Shown: piece after piece, positions 36,885 to 48,957 of the stretch
How positions within the stretch are numbered: the first letter of the stretch is position 1
Layout of the letters: the number at the start of each line of letters is the position of its first letter
Source of the DNA: Neophaeotheca triangularis
Taxonomy: Eukaryota
DNA length: 64,000 nucleotides
NCBI GenBank assembly: GCA_054600435.1
Contig: BAAIJX010000024.1
Span: 1-64,000, forward strand
Direction of reading: 5' to 3'
Translations under genes and position numbers: made by a program
Notes under the pieces: model-generated
Told to the model about the DNA's origin: nothing
The model's database searches: none
What the model saw: only the letters and a program-made list of their open reading frames with translations

Positions 36885-37668
36885 GATTATGAAGAGCTTG
36901 AATGCGTCTGGTGTTCAAGGTATAGGAAGCTGGTGCTACACATTCTCAAGGGAAGGAAGTGTTGGACGTCGAATGATGAGCCTCATCTATAGGACGAGCC
37001 ACCTAGCTGATTGCGGCTTAGCGCACTCTATGTATACATTACTGTATACCTATATACATGTACTACATGTATTATGCAGGTGGTATGCGGTGTATGGATC
37101 AAGTTCATCCTGCACAGCAGTAAAGATAGTAGTAGAGTAATTTTACCTAGCTGTCCATAGGTAGAGCTGAGCCTCAGGCTGTGCTGTATGTAGCTTGTCA
37201 CACAACCAGCAGGCTGCGTCTTCGCCTTTAACAGCTCTGCGCGTCTAATTTCGTCTACTACTACACCTACACCGGTCACCAATTTCGATCCCTCATTGGC
37301 TTGTCCAGTAGCACCAAGTCGCGCTGCTTCCACGCGCGTCCACAGAGTACATGTACTGTACCGTATGCTGGCTCGAGGCTGAAGGATTCAAGGCTGCGCC
37401 TGGCCTCTCCCTCTCTGTCTACCCTTGTGGTTGATGGTGTGACCGGTAGGCGAGGGAAAGCGCTTGCCAGATAAGTATATATGTGTCGAAGGAACGCTCT
37501 CGTCCTGTTTACCCTCCTCCAACTCCGATCCTTAGACACAGGCAAGCAGCCTCGAGACCTTCACGAATCACCTTGAAAAAACAAACCCACGACCTGCTCC
37601 AAAACCAACCCAGATCCAACGCTCATTACGTTCAACATCCACTACGAGACATCAACCTCCCCACCAAA

Positions 37669-38300
37669 ATGTTGAACATCATTTCCTTCGTCCTCCGTGG
37701 CCTTCAACTTATCTTCGGCGCTATCGTACTCGGTCTCTCGATCCGAGCTATACAATGGCAACGCACCGGATCCGCGCCGGCAACCACTTCCTACAGCGCC
37801 TTTGCCGGTGCATTCTGCATGCTCGTCGCTCTAGTCGGAATAGCAGCCGTTTGGATACACAAGCTGGCGGGATTGATCATGGCCGGTATCGACACTCTAG
37901 CCTCGATCTTGCTTGTCGCCGGTGGAATAGTAAGTGCATTCTCGCTCCGGAGCGCTTCCGTCAACAGTGCTTTCGAGTCTCGGCCTGCTAACGAGCTTGT
38001 CAGGCTTTTGCGGTCGGCATGAGGGGCATCGATTGCGGCAATCTTACCACCGAGATCAACGGCGAAGAGCACATCATCGACGGCAGGTCTAGGGGCCTCA
38101 TCAGCGGCGGTTGTCGTGAAGACAGCCGAGCGAATGATGAATATGTGTGCGCGTTCGGAGGCAAGTCGACGGTAGAAGGACGCTGCCAGGCGATCAGAGC
38201 AGACACTGCGTTCTGTTTCTTGGGTTTCATTGCTTGCGTCGCAGCTGCCGTGGTTTGCCTTCTCCAGAGGAGGAGGGGAAACCAGACTGCGAGGTTCTAA
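37669..38300 (+). CDS. MARVEL-like four-helix membrane protein
   Basis: LRGLQLIFGAIVLGLS ... CQAIRADTAFCFLGF. Intron ~37930-38003. Confidence 0.82.
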
Positions 38301-38963
38301 TTCGCGTCGACTTTCAAAGTGGCCGTGCGCATTGGACAATTCGCCGCGCCAGTGTAGAGCCTTTCAGTAGACTCTGCGCGAGATGCCGCGGGGCTGAAAA
38401 AGATGCATGATAACATGTGGGGGATATCGACTTACGGGAGTCGGTTTCGATATTGTAGTAGTGTTTGCTTTATTAATGATGATCACACGATTCTCCTCTT
38501 CTTCTCGAGTCACTTCTTTCCAAAGCGCCAGGAGTGTTTACGTGTTTCTTCGCGCAAAAGATTATCTGGTCGAGCTGCGACTGGGTATATGGGATAGAGT
38601 CGTGGAGAGTGCAAGGATTCGCGAACAAGCAAGGTATGGCCGTATAGCGATAACGACGCGATGTCGTAGGCAGTGGTTCTCTGCAAATAACAATATGCTG
38701 GTTAGGTGTAGGAAGCCGTATCTTGATGAAGCTGGTTTGAGAGAAAGCTAACAGCGAATCGGCATTCAGGGGAGTAAGCTTACAGTGGACATGTCCTCGA
38801 GGACATTTGAAGAGCCATCGACTGTAAATCGTTCCCTTCCCCGTTTCTTCTCCTTTGCCGCTCCTTGCGAAATATATCGAGGTACATAACCGCATCGACA
38901 AGCGAGAATCGCATGCCAGCAATAATATCCAAGTCCATCCATCAGATCCATCCATCAAGGGCC

Positions 38964-39258
38964 ATGGCTTCTGACAAAACCCTTGAGGCTCCTGAACCTG
39001 CAGGCTCACGACCCCCTCCGTACTGGGTAAGACCTAAGGGCACGCCCCGTCATATAGCGGCCAACTAAGATCGCCCAGGAAGAGACATCCTCGCCCCACA
39101 CGTACATCAATATCGCAACGTACACTGAACTACCAGTGCTGGAAGATGACGAAGAACTCGCCCTTCGTCTGGCGTTCTGGTCTTCCTTGCTCTTGATGCT
39201 CGTTCTCGCACTCTTCATGTGCGTCGGTACGGCTGTGGTTGTCTACCTGAAAGCGTGA
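38964..39258 (+). CDS. 80-aa small membrane protein with PPxY motif, 2 exons
   Basis: GCC-ATG-G start, intron 39027-39078 (GTAAGA...ACTAAG...CCCAG), C-terminal hydrophobic helix. Confidence 0.6.
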
Positions 39259-39607
39259 AGGACGACGCATTTTGCTTAGGAGGTCATGGCGCGTCGTGGT
39301 GAAACGGTGGCGCTGGCAGAGAGGCGAATGGATATGAGCGTAGCCAGGAAGGTGGCGACTTAAAGCACTCGCTCCGCACCTCAGTGTAGCGTTGATAACG
39401 TTTGTCGAATCTCACACAGCAGTGCACTTCTTTCTTCAAAGCATGGTTCCCGCTGCATGATCCTTTGCGAGTCCGTTTGTCTGCCCTGATATCAACCACA
39501 TTACTTGAACGAAGTCCGAGTACTTGAAGACGGTTAATCTGGTAGGTGAAAGCCAGAGTGAGGCGTAACCTTCAGGCCATTAGGCCTCGTCCGTCCAAGT
39601 AATGAGA

Positions 39608-40386
39608 TCAGCTCGAAGTTCCAGGTGGATATACCAAGCACGTAGCCATTGCGTAGTCGCCATCATGGCTGATACTAAGTCGAGCAATTTGTCCTTCTGG
39701 ATCGAAGATACGAGATGAATGTGGTATACTAGAATGAGCATGGCTGCCCGCTCCGTTTTTCAGCTGAAAGGGGGACTCCTGTTCTTCGATTGCCGTAGAA
39801 TAATGAGCGCTGAATTTCGCATGCTGCAATGCGTTTTTGAGCTCCTCCCATGATGTGCCACGTTCAGTGTCGATTTCTGGGGCTTCACGAATGGACTCTG
39901 ACTCTTGAACAGCGCCATGGGAAAGCTTCTGTTCTTGCTCTAGCAATTGCCATGCTTCCAGGACAGACATGGGGGCCGGTTCATCCAGTATAAGCGCATA
40001 TGGCTTCCAGACTCCGCCGTGGTATTCTTTCAAAATCTCGACATCGCTGGCGGTGATTTTCCTCCACTCGACGGCTTTGATGGCTGCTTCTTTCGCAGCC
40101 CATCTAGCAGAGTCAGTAGGTTCACATAGCCTCGCGATTGTGTCTTAAATATTCACCTCGAAGCAAGGTAATGACACACTCCTCGCAATTGCTCGTCGCC
40201 ATTCTGTAAGATTACTTTAGTCTTGCCGAACCTATTGTGGAACACATTTGCCTCACGCCAGGTCAAGCTGCGTCGAACAAAATTGTCAAGTTTTCCGTGT
40301 GATTGCGTGATGATCTTGCGCACCCTCCTGATATCGCATATGTCGGTGCCAATGGATATCCCAGATGGGAATGGTCTTGCGCGCAT
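39608..40386 (-). CDS. AcpS-type phosphopantetheinyl transferase (mitochondrial Ppt2-like)
   Basis: IGTDICDIRR, YLASR|WAAKEAAIKA, LSISHDGDYA. Confidence 0.88.
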
Positions 40387-40884
40387 GGAGAGCAAGTGGG
40401 TTGGATGGGAAGAGAACAGTAAATGCGTTACAGTTTGGCGTATCCTCCAGTGGTGTCCCCTGAGCTGCTCTCCACAGTATAATACTATGTATAGGGGACA
40501 AGGGATGGAAGCTTAGCCGAGCGACCGGAATCTCTCCTAACCATGGCCGTCACCAAGCGGGGCACCTCAAAACTTCCTCTTTATTTATTGCCAACGTCAC
40601 TGCCTCTGCCCCTCGACACCACAGGAAATACGGCACGAGAAGGACAAGCAAACATCTGTCCACACCACCACCTTTGTCCCCTCTCTCGGGTTTCTACAGC
40701 TTGCCTCCTTAGACTACCCTCCCTTCTTCTTCAGCGCTGCGTCAATTCAGTGCTGCATCAACCTTCAACAACAATACAAAGCAAGGCGCCTAGCCATTTT
40801 TGACTGATCCACAAAGGCTCAGTGGGAGCATCGCCAGCACTTATTCCCCTTCGCCACTGCGACCGCTTCATCAAACCCGCAAAC

Positions 40885-43858
40885 ATGGCGGCAGCCGCAA
40901 CAATGAACGGACAGTCCGGCTACGCCCCGGTACTTTCTGCCTTGGCTACCATGCAGAGCAACGTCGACCGGGCAGAGAAGCACCAGGCGCACACCTACCT
41001 TGAGCAATTTCAAAAGTCGGAGAATGCTTGGTCGTCCACTTTCGAGCTGCTTCAATCTCCACAATCAAACGACGAGGCCAAGCTGTTCGCTGCTACAACG
41101 TTGAAGGGAAAGGTAAGGTAATATGCCCTAAACAGGGCAAAGGAAGCCTTGTTGACGCCTTCAGATAATCTACGACTTCCACCAACTTCCTCGCGAAAGC
41201 CTGCCTCAGCTACGAGACACCCTCCTCTCCCTACTTGCTACCTACGCCAAAGGCCCGAAACCGATCCGCACACAGCTATGCGTTTGCCTTGCAAACCTTG
41301 CGATTCAAATGCTGGAATGGAAGGACGTGCTGCAAACGGTGGTGTCAACCCTGGGCAACGAGAGCCTTGCATGCCTGCTCGAGTTTCTCCATGTCCTTCC
41401 GGAAGAGGTCACAGAAGGCCGCAAGATCGCCCTAACCGAAGACGATCTGCGCCAACGGACGACTGAGCTTCTCGAGAACAACGCGCAGCAGGTATTGGGC
41501 TTATTGACGCAGTATGCGCAATCGTCGGAGGACGCACCAAGGAATCCGCAGCTCATGGAGTGCATCACTTCCTGGACGAAAGAGGTGCCGTTGGCGGATA
41601 TTGTGGGGTCGCCGTTGATGGAGGTGGTTATGCACGCGGTGCAATCGGATGACTCCTTCGACGCTGCGGTGGAGACTTTGTGCTCCATCTTCAGAGAGAC
41701 AAGGGATGTGGATGAGAACTTGGCAACGATACAGCAGCTCTACCCGCGACTGGCAACGCTCCAGCCGAGGATACAAAAGTGCGCCGAAGAGGAGGACTGG
41801 GAGACGTACAAGGGCATTACGAGGATCTTCGCCGAGGCGGGTGAGGCATGGGTGGTGTTGATCGCAAGAGAGCCAGCACAATTCCGGGCGCTGGTGTCGT
41901 GCGTGCTCGAATGCTGCGCGAGGGATATCGAGAGGGACAGTCTGAGCCAGACCTTCATCTTCTGGTATGAGCTGAAGCAGTACATCACTCTTGAGAGGTA
42001 CATGGACGCCAGGCTGCAGTTTGTTGATGTATACGGCAAGCTGGTCGAGATCATGGTTGGCCATCTCCAGTTCCCGGTGCCAGAGGACGGAAACGATCAG
42101 GATTTGTTCGACGGTGACAGAGAGGCGGAGGACAAGTTCAGAGAGTTCAGGCATCAAATGGGAGATGTGCTCAAAGACTGCTGTGAAGTGATCGGGGTCA
42201 CGGAGTGCTTGAAGAAGAGCTATGAGATGGTGGACAAATGGGTTAAGCAGTACGGTCCCCAAGCACAAGCAGGCAGCGTACCGCATTGGCAAGAGCTTGA
42301 GGCGCCACTCTTCAGCATGCGCGCCATGGGTCGCATGGTGCCGGCAGACGAGAGCATTATGCTGCCACAGCTCATTCCGTTGATTTGCCAGATTCCGGAC
42401 CAGGAGAAGGTCCGCTTCCAGGCAGTCATGGCGTTAGGACGATACACCGAATGGACGGCCCAGCACCCGGAAACCCTGCAGGACCAGCTCAACTTCATCA
42501 TGGCGGCTTTCCAGCATCCCAGCAAAGAAGTCGTGCGTGCAGCCGCTCTGAGCTTCAAATTCTTTTGCAACGATTGCGCCGATCTTCTCAAAGGATATAT
42601 GCCTCAGTTGCAAGGCTTCTACGAGCAAGTTCTCGACACTCTCCCGTCCAGCAGCCAGGAAGAACTTACCGAGGGCGTTGCGTCCGTCCTCGCCAAGCAG
42701 CCTTTGGACAATCTGTACCAGTCATTCAAGCAGTGCTGCGACCCCGTCGTCAACCGCTTGATGTCCCTAGCGCAGAACGCCACCGACAAGGAGTCCAAGG
42801 TTGCGCTCGCAGACCGCTTGAATCTCGTCACCGTTTTCGTGCAGTGGGTCACGCCGTGGGTGGAGCCAAGCCAACCCCATCCAGCAGTGACTTACTGCCA
42901 GGAAATCTTCCCGATCCTTTCGGCAATTGCGGAGCGCTTCTCAGACTTTGTTCCAATCCTCGAGCGGGTTTGCAGATGTTGGCGGTACATGATCCTCTCC
43001 TACCGCGTTCACACCAAGGTTCTTTTGCAGCAGCTAGCTGAGAAGTTGGCGGCCGGGTTCACAGCAAGCCGCCAAGGGTGCTTCCTATGGGCCAGTGACA
43101 GCCTGGTCCGCGAGTTCTCAGACGTCTCTGAATACGTGCCGCAGGATATTGTTGACGCCGTGTTCAACTTCTACACCCAGCAAGCTCTCACATTCCTCCG
43201 CGCCCTGAATGATCTCCCTGCCGAGGAGCTTCCAGACGTCATTGAGGACTTCTTCCGCCTTTCGACCGACGTGATACTGTACCACGCCAACTCCTTCATC
43301 CTCTCTGAACTCGCGCCCTCGATCCTTTCTGCCGCCATCCACTCGCTCACTCTGCTAAAAGAGGAACCACTTATCGCGACACTCCACTTCCTCCGCGACT
43401 TCCTCGCCTATGGCAACGAAGAAGCGCCTACCTCGCACTTCACGGACCAAGAGTACCAGCTCCGCCACAATCCACCAGAAGTGCGCGAGACGGTACACAA
43501 ATTCATAGCCTCCCAGGGTGAAGCCATGACCCAGCGCATTCTCACGGGCATGATGTACTCCTTCCCTCCCGACTGCTTCCCAGACGCCAGTGGTGTCATC
43601 TTGGCACTCTTCCAGCTCATGCCTCAACCCGCTGCGCAGTGGGTTTCGCAGACAGTTCGCGCGCTGCCCGAGGGAAGTATTGCGCCCCAAGAGCGCGAGA
43701 GACTGATCAACAACATCGACCAGAGGATTCAATCGGGTGAAACGAGACGGATCAGAGCGCTTTTGCAGGACTTCACCAACAGTTACAGGAGGAGGAATGT
43801 GGCTCCAAGAGAAGGACTGGGGGGGCTAGAGCCGGGGAGGTTTAGGTTTGCTGGTTGA
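40885..43858 (+). CDS. MTR10: Importin-beta family nuclear import receptor Mtr10/transportin-SR
   Basis: LEQFQKS, LFAATTLKGK|IIYD, FLHVLPEEV, FRHQMGDVLKDCC, FTNSYRRRNV. Confidence 0.9.
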
Positions 43859-44568
43859 GCAGGTAGCTGAATTTCGAAAGGCTATGGGTGACGGATGATG
43901 TGGCTCTTTGAGATTGCTGGTGCTGAGTTGCGATAGCGAGGTGTTCCGGTGGGAAAAGGTCGCTAGAAGAGCGGCGAAAACTTTTGAAGATTACGAGAAT
44001 GATACCTGACATCATATGTCGAGCGTGGGATGCCTGGGGAACCAGATAGCCAGAATATGCTTGATGTGGATGAAATCAGTTTTCGAGGAATATCCATATC
44101 GCCATGCCGGGTTGGACGGTCATCTGTTTGCAAGGAGCGCTATTCTGGGAGCAGCACGACCGAGTGTCCTCGATGGAAATCGATCACTGAAACACAGCTG
44201 GGTGGTAAGAATCGTGCGCGGACACTGTCCAGGTAATCGCTGCTCCCACGCTCAATGGCAAGTACTCCTCCGCTAGATATGGCGCCTGCCGACAACTTCG
44301 TCTTTCCAGTCGTCAAGGGAAGGGCAGTCACCACGGTCAACGCAACGACCAGCCGTCACCTTTGAACTTGGACTCGGGCAACAATAGTAGTATACTTGGG
44401 GCAAAATCATGTCTCACGCAAACATATTGCATTCATCACTCACACACTTGCCCACCAGCGCAGTCACTCACTCAATCGACTAATTGATAGCGAAACGCAA
44501 TAATGTTATTAACATCCACTCCTAATCATCACAACGAGAAACGGGCCCACCGGACCATACTACCTAAA

Positions 44569-45663
44569 ATGCTCTGCCCCCTCATCTTCCTCGCACTCAG
44601 CATAATAGGGTTAGGCATTCTAGGCATCTGGCTGCTTCCGAAATGGGTGAAAGCGGCGAGCGGAAGACCGTCATGCAGCAAACAAACTGCCACGACGTCG
44701 AGTACGACATCTAGCTCATGGCCACAGAACGAAGGACACAGCGCTTGGCCTGGAGTCGTCAATTCAATGCACCCAGAAACGCCTCGTCCCACCAAAATTC
44801 CCGCGGAAACCGACCTACCATATCTCTACGTACCCTGGGACGACACGAAGCAAAAGGCACCAAAGACAACCCTGCGAACCTCAGTCGTAAGATCGCACGA
44901 CCCTTGCGACAGCAACAAAGATTCCACTACAGACGACGGCTACCTAACCCTCCTCCACAGCCGCAGCACCACAACCACGGATCCCTCGCCTTCCGGCGCT
45001 TGCCAGCACGGCGGCCCGGCCTGGGAGTTCTCCGCGAGAGACCCCCTCCCCACGCCAGAGGTGAAAACCGTCGATTCCGAGTACCCGCGTCTGATGCCTT
45101 ACTACATGGATCACTATCGCCTGACTACGCTGAGTACCAATGGCTTCCGTCCGCAACCTACGCACCAAGGGCCTTCGGGAGAGAGTGTGAGTCATGAAGG
45201 GGGGCAGAGTCGGGGTGGAAGTGGGGGAGGAGGAAAAGAGAATGGGTGGTTTGAGTGGGAGGAAAGCGGTGAGGCTGGGGCGAGTGAGGCTGAGGCCGAG
45301 GGAAAAGAAGAGCCTGTGGGAGAGGAAGGCGATGGGGATTTGCTTGAGGGCAAGAAGGCTGCAAAGGGTGAGGAGAAAGGCACGGAGGGGATCTTTGGGA
45401 GTGGAGGTGCAGGTTCTCATAGACTATTCAGCGAAAGCACCGAGGCTGGTGAGAGCTCCCACGGGATTTTCGGCGAGAGCGCTGAAGCTGGCCCCGAGGC
45501 TGGTGTCCTTGGTGAAGCTGGCGAGAATGCATTGTCGGCCGAGCATGTTTCTCCGGGTTTTGAGATGCCTCATGGCATACCTCGGAAACGAAGCAGGCTG
45601 CAAGGACCCAGCGAGTTGGCAGGAAGGGCTACAATAATGCAAGCTGTGGGCGAGGCTTTCTAG
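44569..45663 (+). CDS. Hypothetical protein with N-terminal membrane anchor and acidic G/E-rich C-terminus
   Basis: Long ORF. AAA-ATG start followed by LIFLALSIIGLGILGIWLL. Confidence 0.55.
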   Translation: MLCPLIFLALSIIGLGILGIWLLPKWVKAASGRPSCSKQTATTSSTTSSSWPQNEGHSAWPGVVNSMHPETPRPTKIPAETDLPYLYVPWDDTKQKAPKTTLRTSVVRSHDPCDSNKDSTTDDGYLTLLHSRSTTTTDPSPSGACQHGGPAWEFSARDPLPTPEVKTVDSEYPRLMPYYMDHYRLTTLSTNGFRPQPTHQGPSGESVSHEGGQSRGGSGGGGKENGWFEWEESGEAGASEAEAEGKEEPVGEEGDGDLLEGKKAAKGEEKGTEGIFGSGGAGSHRLFSESTEAGESSHGIFGESAEAGPEAGVLGEAGENALSAEHVSPGFEMPHGIPRKRSRLQGPSELAGRATIMQAVGEAF

Positions 45664-46182
45664 CGGGTGTATGGCGGACAGAGCACTTGCTGCTTCTACC
45701 GGGAGACGTGAGAATTATTGTTACCGCAAATAATACCTGCACGACCCCAGCCAAGAATTGACATATAGATCCACGACGTCTGTAACTACTGTCGAGGGGA
45801 CTGATTCATTGCTGTAACAATTCCGATCATCGGTACCGCGTTTCCGGACAAGTGGTAGGATATTCCGTTGATCGAGCGCGTCTCATGGCTCGTTTCGATC
45901 TTAGACCTCATGTCCCGTCTAATATATCGATATCTTCTTGTCAACAGGCAGCTTTGGACCGTAAGCAACTAAAGACAGGCGTTTTATTAGAGAGCGCCTC
46001 GTCTTCGTGGTCGCAGCACTGCCTACTATATTTTCGCAATATGCGGGTAAGAAGAAGCTAAGTGTTGGTTGGTCTGGCCATGCTCGTGTAATGTGCTACT
46101 GCAGTAGGTAGTACTAGTTAGTATGTTGGATGGAATGGAATGGTTGATTATGGATGAAAGAACAGACCAAGGCGAGATGGAC

Positions 46183-46462
46183 CCAATCCAATTCAATCCA
46201 ATCCAATCCAATAGCGGCACACGGCGTGCACGCAATACCGAGGTCTTGGTAGAGTAGATCAGGGGGGGTTTGAGTCAGTGAGTCTACTCTAACTTATCTG
46301 TAGGTAAGGTACGTACCGTTGTCGGGTGTTGGTCACTATCTGGGAATAGGTACTCTACTACTACAGTGTTCCTCATAGTAGCTGTATAGTAGCTGTATAG
46401 TAGCTGTAATCAAATTACCTTACCTACTACCTATCGACTGACTTGACTTTATGTTGTTATTG

Positions 46463-46515
<53 letters not shown>

Positions 46516-46928
46516 CTTATCATCATTGTTATCAGGATATTAACAAGGTACTAACTGTAGATGACGGCAAAGACCCCAAACTGTCCAGTCCCCCGCCCGA
46601 GATGGTGCCATGAAACGGCGGTGTCGATAAAGGCTAGTAGTAGGAGATCAGTGGACCTCACCGATTCTTCCTTTCCTTTCATCCTCCCTGCTACCTGCCT
46701 GCCTTTCATCCTCATCTCGCGCTATTATCATTATTATCATTATTATCATTATTAACCTTTTACCTCGGGCAAATCCTGCCTCGCCTTCTATCAATATCTA
46801 CCTAACTTATAATTATTACTATCTGCTCCTGCAATAATCCAATAGTGCAATTCCCAACTGCAGAGATCCACAGTAGTAGGTACTTCGTCCGCTCCACCGT
46901 CCACCGTCCACCGTCCACCGTCCACCGC
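46183..46928. repeat. Microsatellite cluster: (CCAAT)n, (TAGTAGCTGTA)x3, (TTA/TCA)n, (TCCACCG)x5
   Basis: Visible at ~46183-46212, ~46376-46408, ~46452-46531, ~46724-46754 and ~46893-46927. Confidence 0.9.
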
Positions 46929-47180
46929 TCGTATGATGCGCATCAGGTCATAGGAAAATCATGCAAGTGGCATCCCCCTTCGCAAACGCTTGAACAGGGC
47001 GTACAGGGCAGGGCGTACATCAACTGCCCTCTTCCCTTTTCCCATTATGCCTGAACTTTTCCCTTCTCCAACACCTCCATTAATACCCTTTGCGTTGCGC
47101 GTTTCACCACATTCCTGCCCTACTACCATCGTATAATAATCAACCTGGAAACCGCCTCTGTACCTCTGATCGCCGTTATC

Positions 47181-48233
47181 ATGAAGGTCTTTCAGGCATC
47201 TCTTGCCATGTATACAACTGTTGCAGCTTGTCTCTCGCCTCTGGTGCTTGCTTTCCCAGGCTTCCCGGACGCCTCTCGCCAGGAACTGGTCGTCGAAAAT
47301 GGGCTGAAATACTCCTGGTTCTCCTTCTCCGCCTCCACCGACGAGTCCAACGGTACCGTCGTCTTACTCCACGGCTTCCCCGACTTGAGCTACGGCTGGC
47401 GGAACCAAATCGACCTCTTCAGAGGCCTGGGCTACGACGTTGTCGCCATGGACATGCTGGGATACGGGCAGACAGACGCGCCTGACAGCCTTTCCTATTA
47501 CACTCACCGAAGCATGGCCGATGACCTCGCGCAAATCGTCGACCACGTCAGCGACCAGCCCGTCATCCTAGGTGGCCACGACTGGGGCAGCTTCCACGTC
47601 TGGCGCGCCGCCATGTTCCACCCGGACAAGTTTCGCGGCCTCTTCGGCCTGACAGTCCCCTTCATCCCGCCCATGGAAGAGTACGTCGACCTCTCCGACA
47701 GCCTCGACGAGACCCCAACCTTTGGCTACCAACTCCAACTCCGCGAACCCTCGACCGACGCCCGCCTGGAGAAAATGGGCACCGCCGGCATCCGCGGCAT
47801 GCTCCGCGCTCTGCACGGCGGCAGCACCCCGGGCGCCAACAAGCCCGGCTTCGTCGCCACCCAAGGCCTGCAGTGGCAATCCCTCCGCGCCATCCGCCGC
47901 TCGCCCTTCTACGCCCAGGACACCGAAGACTACTACATCGACCAATACCAAAAAAACGGCGTCTCGGGCCCGCTGAGCTGGTACAAGACGGCCTACCTCA
48001 ACTACCTCGCCGAGCGCGAGTACGCCGGCACGAACATCACTTTCGACCAGCCGACCCTTTTCATTGCCGCTGAACAGGACACCGCTATCCCGCCGGAGCA
48101 GAGCGAGAACATGGACCAGTGGTTTAGCGACTACGAGCGCGTCATCCTCAACACTTCGCACTGGGTGCACTGGCAGGACCCGCTGGGCACCAACGCCGCC
48201 ATCGAGCAGTGGATGGTCAAGAACTTTGCTTGA
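47181..48233 (+). CDS. Epoxide hydrolase-like alpha/beta hydrolase with signal peptide
   Basis: LLHGFPD, DMLGYGQTD, GHDWG nucleophile, lid Tyr candidates (FGYQL, LSWYK), EQD acid, TSHWV His. Confidence 0.88.
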   Translation: MKVFQASLAMYTTVAACLSPLVLAFPGFPDASRQELVVENGLKYSWFSFSASTDESNGTVVLLHGFPDLSYGWRNQIDLFRGLGYDVVAMDMLGYGQTDAPDSLSYYTHRSMADDLAQIVDHVSDQPVILGGHDWGSFHVWRAAMFHPDKFRGLFGLTVPFIPPMEEYVDLSDSLDETPTFGYQLQLREPSTDARLEKMGTAGIRGMLRALHGGSTPGANKPGFVATQGLQWQSLRAIRRSPFYAQDTEDYYIDQYQKNGVSGPLSWYKTAYLNYLAEREYAGTNITFDQPTLFIAAEQDTAIPPEQSENMDQWFSDYERVILNTSHWVHWQDPLGTNAAIEQWMVKNFA

Positions 48234-48448
48234 GTGGCTGTGCTCCATAAAACCCCGCTCGTTAGTCAAACTATCTGATCGAGGTCTTGGGGAAAGTGTA
48301 GATAGATTTCCGTCAAAAAGTTTGGATGCAGAGTGATTTTTTGCCTTCCGATTTTTGCTTTTGCTTTTTGCTTTTTTCTTTTCTTTTTTCTTTCCCCCTT
48401 TGGCGCTCATTATTTCGGTGTCATCTAGGAAATCATCAACGAACCGAA

Positions 48449-48485
48449 GAGAGAGAGAGACGTGTGTGTGTGTGTGTGTGTGTGT
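48449..48485. repeat. (AG)n(TG)n dinucleotide microsatellite
   Basis: Directly visible. Confidence 0.95.
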
Positions 48486-48957
48486 CGATTTGCCAGAGGA
48501 AAGGTTTGCAAAGCGATATGTGCACGGCTCGTTGCAGCGACGGAAGAGGCCAATTCCCGGGTCGAACGAAAAATTGTCTGTTTGGTGTAACGCATGAAGT
48601 TGGCCTACGAGCGTCAAGGAGCCTTCTCGAGTGCTTTCGGGAAGGAAGTTCAGCCATGGCGACATAAGTCGGGCCAATTTATATTGTAATGGCTTCGGCT
48701 TTGCCCACTGATATCTCATCATGTGGGCTTTGGTTCGTTGTGGCTGGTAGGCGCTGCCCTTATACGACCGAGGGGAAGACGCAGGGCAGGGCAATTCTCT
48801 TTGCTAGTAGTTGGTCGAGCTATCAGTCATCGATGGAACGGTCGAAGATGTGATACGCCTCTCTGCGTTCTAGCTACTTCTATTTTACCAGTCAGCGCAG
48901 GCAATACGAGATCGTCCCTTGCTACCATGGCATCTCAGCCTCGACAAAGGACGACGC

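Noticed and set aside
47568..48794. 408-aa minus-strand ORF (likewise 5060..5842 and 56843..57937)
   Set aside because: Antisense shadows of GC3-rich real genes. The first also runs through microsatellites.
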